This document shows positions 1-34,489 of a stretch of DNA of 64,000 nucleotides, piece after piece (the first letter of the stretch is position 1; each line of letters opens with the position of its first letter). The stretch is from the human T2T-CHM13v2.0 reference genome, Homo sapiens. The stretch lies in NCBI RefSeq assembly GCF_009914755.1, contig NC_060927.1; one strand, 5' to 3'. The notes under the pieces are model-generated. The model worked only from the letters and a program-made list of their open reading frames with translations, was not told the DNA's origin and did no database searches. Made by a program: the position numbers and the translations under genes.

Positions 1-2026
1 TAAAGAATAATTACAGTTGTTTAGCCCCAGGAAAAGAAGCTAGGTTTAGGGGCAACTAAGAGACTATGTACATTGTTTCCTCTGAAGGCGGTGCTAGCAG
101 GTGCTGCTCACTTACCAGATGAAACAGAGATGGACTTGAGTTGTAAAGGAACCATCACAGCTGGGTTTAGGCAAATGGGGGTGTAGGGGTAAGTCAATAA
201 CACAGAAATGCCTCTCTAAAGAGACCCAGCCATATTCTTGAAGATAATTGCCAGCCCATCTTCTCTAGACTCACCAGTGCCTGCCAGAGGGCTGAGGCCT
301 CGTCAGGTAGCCTCCTGTGGTCCCTTCCCGTGTTAGGACCCTGACCCTAACCACGGATACACCTGCCGTGAGCTGGGCTGTGTGGATGCTGAGAGGAGCA
401 GAGAACATGGAGTGTGACAGAAGGAAAGTGTGCCTTCTGTGGGCTGGGTGTTTTGCATTCCTGATGCCACTTCATCTTTGTAACAACCTGAGGTATTAGC
501 CTCACATCATGGAGAGGTGGGTGTGTGGCACACAGAGGCAAGTGGCCACCCAGAATTCCAGCCCATGCCTCCAGAACCCTGAAGCTTGGCCTGGGGCTCT
601 TAACGCCAGCCACTCTTGTGATTCAAGCCCAGCTTTAAGGAGGTTGGCTGCGGCCACAAAGGTACGGGCAGACTGGGGAGAGGTCATGATTCTGCTTGTC
701 AGCTTGCTCCTGTCCAGCATCCCAAGCCAAGCCCGGGTGCTGGACTAAATGACCAGGATGTGTCAAAAGACACTGGCTTTAACCACACAAGAGTCTAAGA
801 GTCTTACAACTTTACAACTGTGACAAGTCTAGCATCACAACTTAGAGCAAGAATCCTCCTCTCCTGGGCTCCCTCATGTGGAAAAGGCGAGAGATGGGCC
901 CTTTGCTCTTGCAGGGCCTCTGTCTACCTGTAAAATCCCTGAGTCTGGGATTTGGAGACCCAACTGTTCTGAGGGCTCTGGGGAACATGTGGTTTCTGTT
1001 TAGAGCCACCAGGGGGGGCTGTGACTTCACAGTGCCATTCCCAGCAGTTCTGGGAGGGTCGGGAGCCCAGGAGCCTAAGTGTTATCCTGCAATCAATCCA
1101 GGAGGTCCTCCAGGGCTCTCCTGTGCAACGAGGGGGTCTGCCCCAGGTGTCTTCTGAGCTGCAGCTTAGACATTCGTGGCCTCCCATGCTCCGAGGCCCA
1201 GCCCGAGCCTCTCCCTGGAGGGCTTGAGCCTTGGATGACCTTTCTCATCCTTCAGTGCCCCAGCTCTTCCTGAGGACAGGGATGAATCCATGGAGCCAGC
1301 CCTTAGACTTCCACGTGTCTCCAGTGTGTCTCCCGGGCGGCTCGGCTTCCTCACACCTGTGTCCAGGTGTGGGGCTCTAGAGGTACACCTTGGTCCCAGA
1401 CACGCTTTTGGGGTTTGGCTACAAACTAAAAGGGCTTCGTGGAGGGACCCTTCTCCTGAGCCTGAAGTGGATGGGGTAGGAAGGGATTCCCTGGAGCGCT
1501 CAGCTGGTCAGACCCTCCCTCTGGAATCAGAGCTGTCCACGGCAGCAGGGCTGAGGGTGTGGGCATCAAGGACTTGCCCTGGGTCACTGAGGGCAGGCTG
1601 GGAGGGCAGGTAGCCCTGTCATGTGTCCCCTCTCTCCTCCCTCTCCTCTTGCCTCTCCCCTCTCTTTACTCTCCTCATCTTCATCTCCCTCCTTTTCCTG
1701 CTCAGCTTCACTTCTTTGTTTCTCTTCTTCCATTCCCAATTTGATCCTTTTTCACCTCCAAAGTGCCTGCTGAGGCTTCCTCTCCCCTCTCAATGCAGCG
1801 AGTCCCTAGAAGCCTGATCTGTATTCCTTGGACACCTGAGTGGGAAAAGCACCTTCCTCCCTGTCTCTCAAAACTGTCTCACCTGCTTCAGGGCGGTGTG
1901 GCTCCTTCCTGCCACAGGGCTCTGCGCTCTCAGCCAGGATAGCCTGCCCTGTCCCTTGCCATGTTTCTATTCCCCTCTTGACAGCTCAAGCATGTTCGCT
2001 GACCTGTAGTGAAAGTCAGTGTCTCA

Positions 2027-2327
2027 GGCCGGGTGCAGGGGCTCTCTCCTGTAAGCCCAGTACTTTGGGAGGCCAAGGCAGGCAGATCACGAGGTCAAGA
2101 GATCAAGACCAGCCTGGCCAACAAGGTGAAACCCCGTCTCTACTAAAAATACAAAAAATTAGCTGGGCGTGGTGGCGTGTGCCTATAGTCCCAGCTACTC
2201 AGGAGGCTGAGGCAGGAGAATTGCTTGAACCCAGGAGGCGGAGGTTTCAGTCAGCCAAGATCGTGCCAATGCACTCCAGCCTCGGTGACAGAGTGAGACT
2301 CCATCTCAAAAAAGAAAAAAAAAAAAA
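2027..2327 (+). mobile_element. Alu (AluS-type)
   Basis: GGCCGGG head, two arms, A tail. Confidence 0.92.
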
Positions 2328-2369
2328 GAGAGAAAGTGTCTCTCACATGTGCACGCTCTCTCTGTTACT

Positions 2370-2995
2370 CCTTATTTTAAAAAATTTTCAATTTACAGAA
2401 AAGTTGCAAGAATAATTCCGTCCACCCCTTGCTCGGACTCCCCCATTATTAACACTTTGCCGCAGTTGCTGTATCAGTGTGTATGTGTACATGTATGGAT
2501 ATGGAGATGCAGATCTGTACTTCTTGCTAAACCATTTAATGGTAAGTTGCAGACATGATGCTCCTTTGCTCCAAATACTTCAGTGTGCATTTCTTAGGAA
2601 CAAAGCATTCTCCTAAAAACCACAGCAGGATGATCAAAATCAGGAAATTAACACTGATACAATATGCTTCTGTAATTACAAACTTTATTCAAACTTTGCC
2701 AGTTTTCCCAGTAGTGTCTTTTATAGCAAAAGAAAAAAAGAGCAGGGTTTCATAGTCCACTATCCGGTCCAGAATCACGTACTGCATTTAGTCCGCATGT
2801 CTCTTTTGTCTCTTTTTTATTCTGGAAAACCCTCTAATCTTTCTTTGTCTTTCATGACCTTGACATTGTTGGAGTGCAGGCCAGTTATTTTGTAGATTGC
2901 CCCTCAATTTCAGTTTGTCTCAAATTTCCCCATGGTCAGATTCAGGCTCTGCATTTTTGGCAGGCATATTGTGGACGTGATGCTGTATCTTCTTA
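2370..2995 (-). mobile_element. Old L1M (L1MC/ME-like) 3' fragment
   Basis: Resembles old L1M 3' ends; a similar segment recurs at about 13590-13940. Confidence 0.55.
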
Positions 2996-3466
2996 GTGAA
3001 TCGTACCGTGGTTCTGCTCTTGGGTAAAGCCTGGCTTCTTCACTCTTTATTCTCAACTCCCATTTGGATCCAGTCTCACGGGCCCTCTCCTGGGACCCCT
3101 GCTTTCACACTGCTGGTGTTTGCCCTGCAGCTGCCCACACAGACGCCCCTCACCCCACTGGTTCCTAGTGTGTGCTCCCATCAGGCCTCCCGGTAATTCT
3201 GTTTCTGTTTTAGGAGACATTTGTAATACTGAAATCATATTTACACTTGTCAACAGATGAGTAATCCCCTCCTGCCCTGCCCTTTTTCCTAGATTTTCTT
3301 TGACTTAAAACTCAAGTGCTTAGGCTTTAGTTACATTCGGTATAAAAAATGAAAAATAAAAACTCAAGTGCTTATCCTGCTCCTCATTCTATGGAGACAC
3401 TTCCACTTTTCCTGTTATTATTTTACCAGGTAATAACTCCTTTAATAATAATAATGGCAGGCGGAT

Positions 3467-4080
<614 letters not shown>

Positions 4081-4969
4081 GATAATAACAACAACAATAA
4101 TAATAGCAGGAGGAGGTGGAGGACCCCCCACAGTTAACTGAGTGTTTACTCTGCACTGCGGACTGTGCGCAGGGTCACCTCACTGAACCCTGACCAGAGC
4201 CCTGTGTGGCAGGTACTATTTTTATTTTACACTTAAGGAAAGGGAGACACATGGAGGTTAAGCAGCATGTCCAAGATCATACAGCTGATAAGCAGTGAAA
4301 CTGAGACCACACTGTAAAAAGAAAAGGAATAATTTTAGATCTTGAGAGCTGGTAAGGAAGTAGGAAAGGACTGCTGATTCCAAGTGCCAGTGAGCAAGCG
4401 TTCAGTGATTTGTCAAGTCACTGGAGTGAGAGGCTGGAAAAAAGCGAGGAGCTCTGGAGAAGATGTAAATTTGGGAGCCTTTAGCATAGAGAAAATAGAT
4501 GCAGCCTGTGGAATGAGCACTGACCAAGGAAGAAGTGTGGAAATGATGAGTCAGAGGCTGACCCTGGAAGGGACTGCATTTTGGGAGGCAGGAGAGGAAC
4601 TCATAGAGACAGTAAAGAAGTCTGTGCAGTGACGGGAGGGCCTCTTACCCCTTGGAGGCACAGGCCCTGGTTTTTAGGAGGCAGAAGAATTCAAAAACAC
4701 ACGTTGCTCTCCTTTCTACTCTGGGCCAGGCACTATGTTAGGTGCTGGGAATGTAGGGATGAAGACAATTGCTTTGCTTGGCATCAAAAATTTGTAATCT
4801 AGTGAATCCTATTTTATTCTTACTTAAGACACTAGAGTTGTTTGTAATGCCATTGGTGTATAAGACACATTTATCAGAACTATATCCAAAGCTTAAAATA
4901 TCAGTGATATGAAGAACCTTAGAAATCATATATACCATCATCCTCATTCCACATAAAAACTGAAGCCCA

Positions 4970-5768
<799 letters not shown>

Positions 5769-8700
5769 TTAGTGGCTGAGTCCCAGATCATGCTGCCGAC
5801 AGCGTGACTGATGATGCATCTCTGAGGAGGCTGTACACAGTTTAGGGAGTTCTGTTGGTGCCCTCTGGAGATGTTGATGCTCTCTCTGACTTTTGGAAAG
5901 TCAGCACCAAATTGAGTAGAGAGATCGTTTTAGTCAGCTTGCCCTCCCAGGACTTCCCCACCCCATGGGATTCTGCTGATGGGTGTGTCACCATCCACCA
6001 TATTCCTGCCATATCCTAGGCTGCATTGAATCCATCAGCTATTTTAAGTGCGTCCTGAAGGTTTCCAATACTCCTTTCCTCTGAACTTCACCATCTCTAT
6101 TAATGGCTTGGCTACTCCCGCAGCTTCTCCCTGTTGGCCATCTAGCTCACGCATCTGATTACTTCTCTTTCAGAGTCATCTCTTGAGTCTGCTCTTTTCT
6201 CATCATCTCCAGTGTCATCACCGCCATGCATCTCTCCCGAATCACTGCAGCAACTCCCTGACTCTTCTTTGCACTTTCATTCATCTACTCCTTCACCTAA
6301 TCTTGTAAATTGCTGTCAGATTAATCTTCCAATAATGAAATATTATGCTTGTAAGTGATTTCATATATTGTATTTCCTAGGCACCCATCTGACTCCTATT
6401 CTGTTACCCAGTATTCCTATCAAGTAATCATCCAGCCCATTTCAGTTATGTTTTCATGCATTATATCTTAATTCTGGATAGATCTGGCTATTATAAAGTT
6501 CTTACTTACATTGAGGTAAAATATGTTTATTCTTCTATATACTTGTTTTGTGGGTGTGATTTCCTCCTGAATCTTTCTGAAGATATTAACAAGAAACTTT
6601 TCTGAATTCTCTTTTGTTAACTAGACTAACTTTTCCTAGAGGTCAGTTGCTTTATGGTCCCACCCTTATGCTTCTTCATCAGGCTGGCTTTCTTAAAATG
6701 TCTTGTGAATCTTGGTTGTTCTTTCTTTCTTATTTATCTGTAGTGACTTCACTACAGAGTGTGTGCAGTAGGTGGAAGAGGGGGAGGATCTGCTACTCAA
6801 AAAGTCTAATTAACAGAAGTGGACTGGATAGAATATTCTAATTATTGATTTAAATACTATAGTGGGCTTTCAGTTGTCACTAGGATTGTTCAGCTTCTAA
6901 GTCATACTTTTTATTACAGGGAATCAATTTTTCTTTTTGAAATAATCGTTCTCAGAGCTCTCTCTGTGTGTTCTAATTTGAACCAATTGCTTTCCAGGCT
7001 TACTGCACAGTTTCCATCCTGAGATATATTTTCATTGCATTCCTCTCATGTTTCTTGATTTCCCATGTCTTTTTTTTTTTTTTTTTTTTTGGTTTCTTAA
7101 ATAACTTACTTAAATCTCTTGGAATCTGTGGATAGTAACACTTTTAAATCTTTGCATGTATGAGAATGTCTTTATTTTGCAATCACACTTGAGTAGTCAT
7201 TTATTTGGATATAACATTTCAGGTTCAAAATAAACATCCCTCAGATTTTTCAGTGCATTTTTAAATTCTTCCTCTAGGCTACTGATATTAATTAGAAGCT
7301 TCATGATAATTTGGTAATCTGTTTCTTGTTCCTTTACAGATAACCTGTTCTTTCTCTGAGAGCTGTTAAGATTTTCTCTTGCTCCTTATAATTCTAAAAT
7401 CACATGAGAATGAGGCTAGGTGTAAGTCTTTTATCATTCACCTTGATGATACAAGCTTTCATTGCAAAGATTCATGTTGCCAGCTCTGAAACTTTTTTTT
7501 CTTTGTTTCTCTCCATTATTCTCCATTTTATTGGTTCTATCTTTCCAGAAATCATATTAGCTAGGTATTAGATCTCCTACATTGGTTGTCTGTATCTTTT
7601 AACTCTTATCTGTTGTCTTCTCACTTTTGCCCTAGAGGCTTTTCCTTGACTTTTTTTTTTCCCAGCCATTAAAAATTTGAATTTTCAATCCGTTGAATTT
7701 TTAAATATCAACTATTGACTTTCAATATCCAAGAAATTTTTCTTTTTTAAAGATTACTTGATTTTCTGAGTGGCGTCTTATTTTAGGGATGCAATATTTT
7801 GTAATCTTTCTGAGGATACTAATTAGACTTTTAAAAATTACCTTCTGTTCTCTGAATTTTCTGTGTTCTACATCCTTGCTCCCACAGTTGTGCCTCTTCC
7901 TAACTCTGGGTAAGAAAGCCTGCCTCCTCCCCTGCTATTTTTTCCTATGTTTATTTTGGCTGAGGGGTTATCTGTTCCTATAATCTCATCTGCTTTCCAT
8001 GTTCCCAGAAATTTCTCTAAAATGTTTTTATCTTCATTTTGACAGTTAAAATTGTTTTTGTCATTTGATAAAAGTTTTGGAGGAGGAGGTAAATGAATAC
8101 CTTTAGTTCGCTATCTTAAAGTGTTCCCACCACTCTCCTTTCTAAAGAGTATTTTAAAACTACAATATTTATTATTTTGAAACAAAATGGCAGCCAATAA
8201 AAGTTGCTTCCTAGATACAGCTTCTGATATTTTGAATGAATTTCCAAAAAACTTGTTGTATAACTTTCATGCATAGTTATTTGGAAGAGGCCTAGGGTTC
8301 ATTGAAAAGCCAGAAAACAATCTGATCTCCAGGAAGTCTCCTAACTTCTCTGCTTCAAAATGTAATTCCCAAGAATGGCAGGGAGAATAAAAACCCCTCT
8401 CCCATTGCCAACAGTGACCCTGAACATTCTGGGAGGCCCTGGAAAACTCTGGGCTCAGCCCCTGGCCTCTCTCTGGCTCTCCCTACATCTTTTTCATTTC
8501 CTGTCAGGGCCTAAATTACAGAAAAAGAGCACAGTTGAGGAACAATGGTCATAATTGAGGGGTCTCACTTCCTCCAGTGATGAGAGGGCTCTCAGACCTC
8601 CTTCGGGGACTCCACCAAGAAGACTCTTATAACGACTCACTAGAAAAGGAGTAGGGGGACCCTTCCTAGTGGGTTGTTGTGGGATCTTCTTGGTGAAATC

Positions 8701-9041
8701 CCCAGATGAGGACAAGCAAGCACATTACAAACACAGTGGAGAATATATACCTCAAACTACTCATGGCTCTTTTGGAGGAATGCAATATACAAAACTTTCT
8801 ACATTCCTGTGTTCATTGAGTTTTGGTGATAAATTTGTATTATTTTATCATCATAAAGGAAACAGTGACTAGCCTTGTCCCTGTGTCCTCCCACAGTCTG
8901 CTCCCCTGGCCTCTCCATCATGACCTGATGACCCCTGCCCTGTCAGTGTATTGTGGTTCTTTTATGCCATCTGCCCAGTAAATACTGAGTAAAGCAATGA
9001 ATGATGAAACAAGTGAATGAACTTTTCATCTCTGTCCTTAG

Positions 9042-21141
<12,100 letters not shown>

Positions 21142-21428
21142 GCGCAGCCGAGGCGCAGGCCGAGTGGGCCGCCAGGACCAAGCGAGGTGGACCCCGAAAC
21201 GGACGGCCCGGAGCCCGCACCAGCCCCGCGCCTACCCGGGCCGCCCCCGCGGCCTGGCCCTCGGCGCGGGCTCCTTCCCGCTTCCCCCGACTTCACACGG
21301 CGGCTTCGGACCAACTCCCTCACTCCCGCCCGAGGGGCAGGCCTCAAAGCCCGCCTTGGCCCCGCTTTCCCGCCCCTGAACCCCGGCCCCGCGGGCGGCG
21401 GGCGGCGCTTCCTGCGCCCCGGGACTCA

Positions 21429-21434
21429 ATTAAA
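21429..21434 (+). terminator. PODXL2: PODXL2 polyadenylation signal (ATTAAA variant)
   Basis: The only AT-rich hexamer in a GC-rich 3' UTR, followed by a U-rich element at about 21466-21492. Confidence 0.8.
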
Positions 21435-21493
21435 CCCGCCCGGAGACCACGCCGGGCCCAGCGCGTCTGCCTTCTTGACTCATTCTTATTTCC

Positions 21494-21625
21494 GGGGTTG
21501 GGGCGGGGCGGGGCGGGCGGGGCACCCCGGGGCAGGGGCGGGGCCGCGGGGCGGGGAGGCCGGGGCGGGCGGGTCCTCCGGACGCCGCTGCAGAGCGGGG
21601 CGGGGCGGGGCTGAGCGTGTTTACA
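21494..21625 (+). promoter_or_regulatory. ABTB1: ABTB1 TATA-less core promoter: tandem GC boxes (GGGGCGGGG) / G4-forming tract and forkhead site TGTTTAC (21618-21624)
   Basis: Many GGGCGG repeats immediately upstream of the Kozak ATG at 21687. Confidence 0.75.
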
Positions 21626-21686
21626 TCCGCCGGGTGCGCGGCTTCGCCGCCCGAGGTCGTTCGGCTCGGGTACCATCCTCCGCGCC

Positions 21687-29142
<7,456 letters not shown>

Positions 29143-29562
29143 GCCCCTGGCTGGGCAGCCCCAGGGGCCAGGAGCTCTCTTGGAGACAAGCATGTGTATG
29201 CGTTTGTGTGCAGCTCTTCTTCCTGCTCCCTGCACATTGAGGGCTTCATGGGGGGTGCGAGGGGCTCAGTGGGGCTTCTCTTCCCTCCATGAGCCTGGAG
29301 ACCCCAGGGGAGGATCCATTTGGGATGAGCCCCCTCCCCCCAATGCACAAGCCAGCCCCCAAGACCCTGGGGGTGGACACCACTCAGGGAAACCTGGGGT
29401 GGGGGTGGGCTTTGGTCTTAGCACTTTCCTTCTCCAGATCCCCCCTACCCACCCCAGTCCCAAATCCAGTCCTCTGGCCCTTGCCTAGCCCTGAATTGCT
29501 TCTCTAAGCTGGTGTTCCCATGCACAGGGCCATTCAGGAAGGGCTGGGGGAGTGTGTGTGGC

Positions 29563-29568
29563 AATAAA
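29563..29568 (+). terminator. ABTB1: ABTB1 polyadenylation signal AATAAA
   Basis: Canonical hexamer about 420 nt after the stop, with GU-rich sequence (ctgtgtcc) downstream. Confidence 0.85.
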
Positions 29569-29952
29569 GCTTGAAGGCACCGTGGGAGCATGAGCCTGTG
29601 TCCTGGGGTACAGCTTGGGAAGGGTGGGGCCTTCTGGAGCCAGTGGAGCTGGTGTGACCAAGGAAAGAAGCTCTAGAGTTGGGGGCTCCCAGCAGAGGCT
29701 GGCCCAGAGCCCAAGGGCCAGGGTACCTGGCTGAGCAGACCTAGAGATCTGCCACTGACCCCAGTGTGGCCTGGGCCCATCCTGGCTCCCTGCCTCCCTG
29801 TCTCCATGGATGCTGGTTGTGGTGGGCCTCATTCTAGGAGAGGGCCAGGACCAAAATGACCATTTTCTGTCAGCCCAGTGCCAGTCTTTTCCCCAGGGAG
29901 GACCTTGTGGCCCTTCCTGCAGGGGCTGCTACCTTATTATGGGAAGGTAAGC

Positions 29953-30578
29953 TGCAGGGGCCAAGGGAGACCTTTCTCCTTGGCCCTCTGAAGGTTCACT
30001 GAAAAATTAACTTGCAAAAGGCAGAGTAACAGGAGAAAAGACACGCAAATTTATTTAGCATGTAGACATGGGCGTCTTCAGAATGAAGACCCAAAGATGG
30101 GAAGCTGTCCATTGTTAGGCTTAGGCTCAGCAAAGTGTGGCCAGCCGAGTAGAAATGGGATTGGCAAAAAGTGCAGGATCCTATGCTGACTGAACAGGGA
30201 AATGCAGCCAGGCCTGTCTAGATTCTTCTTGGTCTCTCTGAGCAGCCTGCCTGCCTACCTTCTGGGTGTGGGGCAGGACCCTCTGGAATGGGGGTCTTAT
30301 GACCTATAGTCAAACAAGGTGGATCAGATGATTACTTTATGGCCAGTTTTTACACAGATACGGCAGAGGGAAAGTGAGAGTCCTGTTTTTAGGTTTTATG
30401 GCTGGCTTTGGGGAAAGGGGGCTCTGGTTTCTAGGGCCCGCCTAGGGGAAGAGGGATTCTAGTTTCTGTGGCTAGCCTCGGGATGATGAGACTGAGAGAA
30501 GGGGGCAAAAGTTCAGAGAGAAGCTCCTGCTTCTGAGGTTGTTGCTTGGGTCTTCATTTTGGGGTATTTGAGCCCCAA
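29953..30578 (-). mobile_element. Solo LTR, ERV1 class (MER4-group-like)
   Basis: About 620 bp with ends typical of this group (ctctgaaggttcactgaaaaat...aggagaaaag...aaatttatt; ttttggggtat...gagcccca); subfamily not determined. Confidence 0.65.
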
Positions 30579-30763
30579 GGGGGTTTCTCACGATGAGCTG
30601 CAGGCCTGTGGACCGCCCCCCCACCAGGCCTCTGCCTTCTAACCTGGTTAAACTCAGTGTCGTGTCATGGCCCTGGGGGAGGAAAGGAAGGCTGGTTCTT
30701 TCACAGGGCTTCTAATATCGGGTGTCTCCACCCTCCCTGCAGTTATTTCACAGCTGTTCATGC

Positions 30764-31068
30764 TTTTTTTTTTTTTTTTTTCTTTTCAGACGGATTCTCG
30801 CTCTGTCGCCCAGGCTGGAGTGCAGTGGTGCGATCTTGCTTGGCTCACTGCAACCTCCACCTCCCGAGTTCAAGCAATTCTGCTCAGCCTCCTGAGTAGC
30901 TGGGATTACAGGTGCACACCACCATGCCCGGCTAATTTTTGTATTTTTAGTGGACACAGGGTTTCGCCCTGTTGGCCAGGCTGAGCTTGAACTCCTAACC
31001 TCAGGTGATCCGCCTGCCTTGGCCCCACAAAGTGTTGGGATTACAGGTGTGAGCCACCATGCCCGGCC
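30764..31068 (-). mobile_element. Alu (AluS-type)
   Basis: T tail and reverse Alu consensus. Confidence 0.92.
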
Positions 31069-31887
31069 TCTTCATGCCTTTTTACTATGGTATTTTTGGA
31101 TTTTTTCCCTTTTTCCTCCCCAGTGCATTTTCAGCCATGTTGCACTGGCATGTTGGTCGTCACATGGGGGAAGTTGTAGGTCTGAAGTGACCACTAGTGA
31201 GGGATCAGCTGGGACAAGTCATGGTGCAGCCTGCAGGAGGTGATGAGTGTGTTGGGGAGGTGTCCTGGGTAGGGCCTGTGGGTGGAGATTGTAGTTTGTG
31301 CAAGGGCCTGGGATCCTGAAAACAGCCTGAGATGGGATGGGCTGGCGGGGGTCTGCGCATTGCCAGAGCTGAGCTGCGGCCAGAGGACCAACCCCACCGT
31401 GGGTCTCCCTTTCACTGCTGGCCACCGCTCTGCCTGTTTGCCCGCCCACAAACTGGGGGTGATTATGGCAACTCCCTCTTACCTAGTGTTTGACCTATCC
31501 TGAGCCTGGTGTGTTAAACAAAGGCTGAGTCCACCTGGTGGGTGGGAGGTGGGAGCACGGGAGTGACAGGGGCTCACTCCGGTTGCCCTGGGGCACACAG
31601 GAAGGGAAGAGTGAGGCCAGGCTAGTGGCCTAACACCAGCAGGTCTCACCTCAGAGCACACACAAATCCTGGTGTGCCAAGAGAGATTTAAATATTTAAA
31701 TAAAAAATTTTAATTCCTATGCATTTCTTTTCATATGCATTAGGGGAGAAAATGAGCTACTACATGAAACCTTTTTTTACAGATGTTATTATTTGAAATC
31801 ATAAAGTTTCCAATCTTGAACAAATTTTAAATAAAACCCTAGTAAGAGGGCAGTTTAAGGAAAAATTATCTGGAGTTGGTATTTTAG

Positions 31888-32382
<495 letters not shown>

Positions 32383-33084
32383 TAGCCTCAGGCAGAGAAG
32401 ACAGCGCGATGGGGAAACACTTATGTAGGAAGGTGTCCAATGCGGTATTGCAAATCAACAGGAAGCATTGCCAGCAGCCGCAGCGAGCAGCAAGTGGGGA
32501 AGGAACAGAGAGCATGGATGCGCAGAGCTTCCTGTAACTACGAGGGTGGTCAGTGAAGCTTCTGTGTCCACAAGGAAAAGGTGGAGGACATTCAGGCACT
32601 AGGGGGTGCTCCCCAGGCTTATGTGAGAAACCTGTAGCACAGACAGCCACACAGGAGTAGTGAACTACAACCATGGAATTTGAAATTTAGTGTCTAATAC
32701 TTGGTTCTAAAATTGGGTTGATTTAAATTCAGAAGTGTGCTCTACTCTGACAAATGTTAAAATAGACTAATAGAAGACACATTTTGACACAGAGGCCCTG
32801 GGTTTGAGACTCCTCCATCATCCCTAAACCAGAGGAAGAGTTGCTGTGTGAGAGCTGGGGATATTTGGTCTGATTTCTGTTTAGTTTCTGTAATGTAGCT
32901 GTGCTACCTTTAAAATTAAAAATAAAACAAAACATGTTTATCTCTTTAATTCATTCCCACTCCCAGGTGAAAAAAAATTTTATTGTTGAATGAAAAATAT
33001 TTTCATCATGTGTTATTGGAAAAATTATATGTATTCTCTCCCAACTCAAGATACCCACAAATTTTTAACAGACAGAAAAATAGA

Positions 33085-33509
<425 letters not shown>

Positions 33510-34489
33510 CTACCTAAAGCCCCCAACCGACAGGTGGTCCTCTCCCGCAGCAACTGCTGCTCTGAGGGTCTGCTCCCTGCTGTGGCTGGTCTTGGACGCT
33601 GCATCATCTGCTGCTGACCCCTTTAGTGACACCACCCTTGGTTAGGTGCAGCTGTTTCCTGCAGGGCCCCGAATGAACATGCCCTTCACACCTGTGCTCC
33701 AGCCATCCTGAGAGTCTCTCAGTTTTGGGGCCGCCCTGAGCTCTCTGCACCTCGAAAACTCCCCCGCAGACCCCTCTGCTGTGCCCCCAACCCCGGCCCG
33801 CTCCTGCTCACCTTTGGCTTCTGGAGGGCTGTGCTGGCCCCAGGCTGTGCTGGCGGACACTGGGTGCCCATCGCTGTTAGGCTCTGGGGTGGGAGTCCAT
33901 GTCGCCCGGGGTCCTTGTTCTGTGAGGGCGGCCCACCTTGTTCTGCCCTGGTCACCGTGCAGCGCTGGGTTCCTCCCAGCGCTGGACACCGTGCCTGGAG
34001 CATCACAGGTGCCCAGTAAGGGGCTTGTGATGAGCCTGAGTGTTCATGGAGGAGGCTGGAAAAGCCAACAAATGCAAACATTGTTGGCTCTAGGTTTGAT
34101 ACAGTGAAGTTCCAGGCAGAATTTGGTTGGCCATAAGTAGAGCATGAGGACGTGGAGAGAACGGGCTGTCCTTCAGGTCTGCACACCTTTGGGGGACCTT
34201 CTGCACAGAGGCCAGGTGCCACCCACCCAGGGCCTGAGTGGTTTGCAGGGTCCAGTGCAAAACAGCACGTGGGGACCTTGCTCAAAGAGCATTAAGAATT
34301 TCCAGAGAGCAACAGTAGAGCACTCACCCAAACGCACGGACCTTCTAGGGTGGGGTCTGGGCCTCTGCATGGGTGGCCAGGCTGCGAGGCCAACCCTGCT
34401 TCCACACCCAGTTCCCAGCTCAGTGCCTGGCTCAGATAAAGCCTTCCTGCCTCCTTCCTCCCTCTTTCCATCCCTCTCTCCCTCCCTTG

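Noticed and set aside
1-170. Possible L3/CR1 remnant at the window start
   Set aside because: Resemblance is too weak to call without a profile search.
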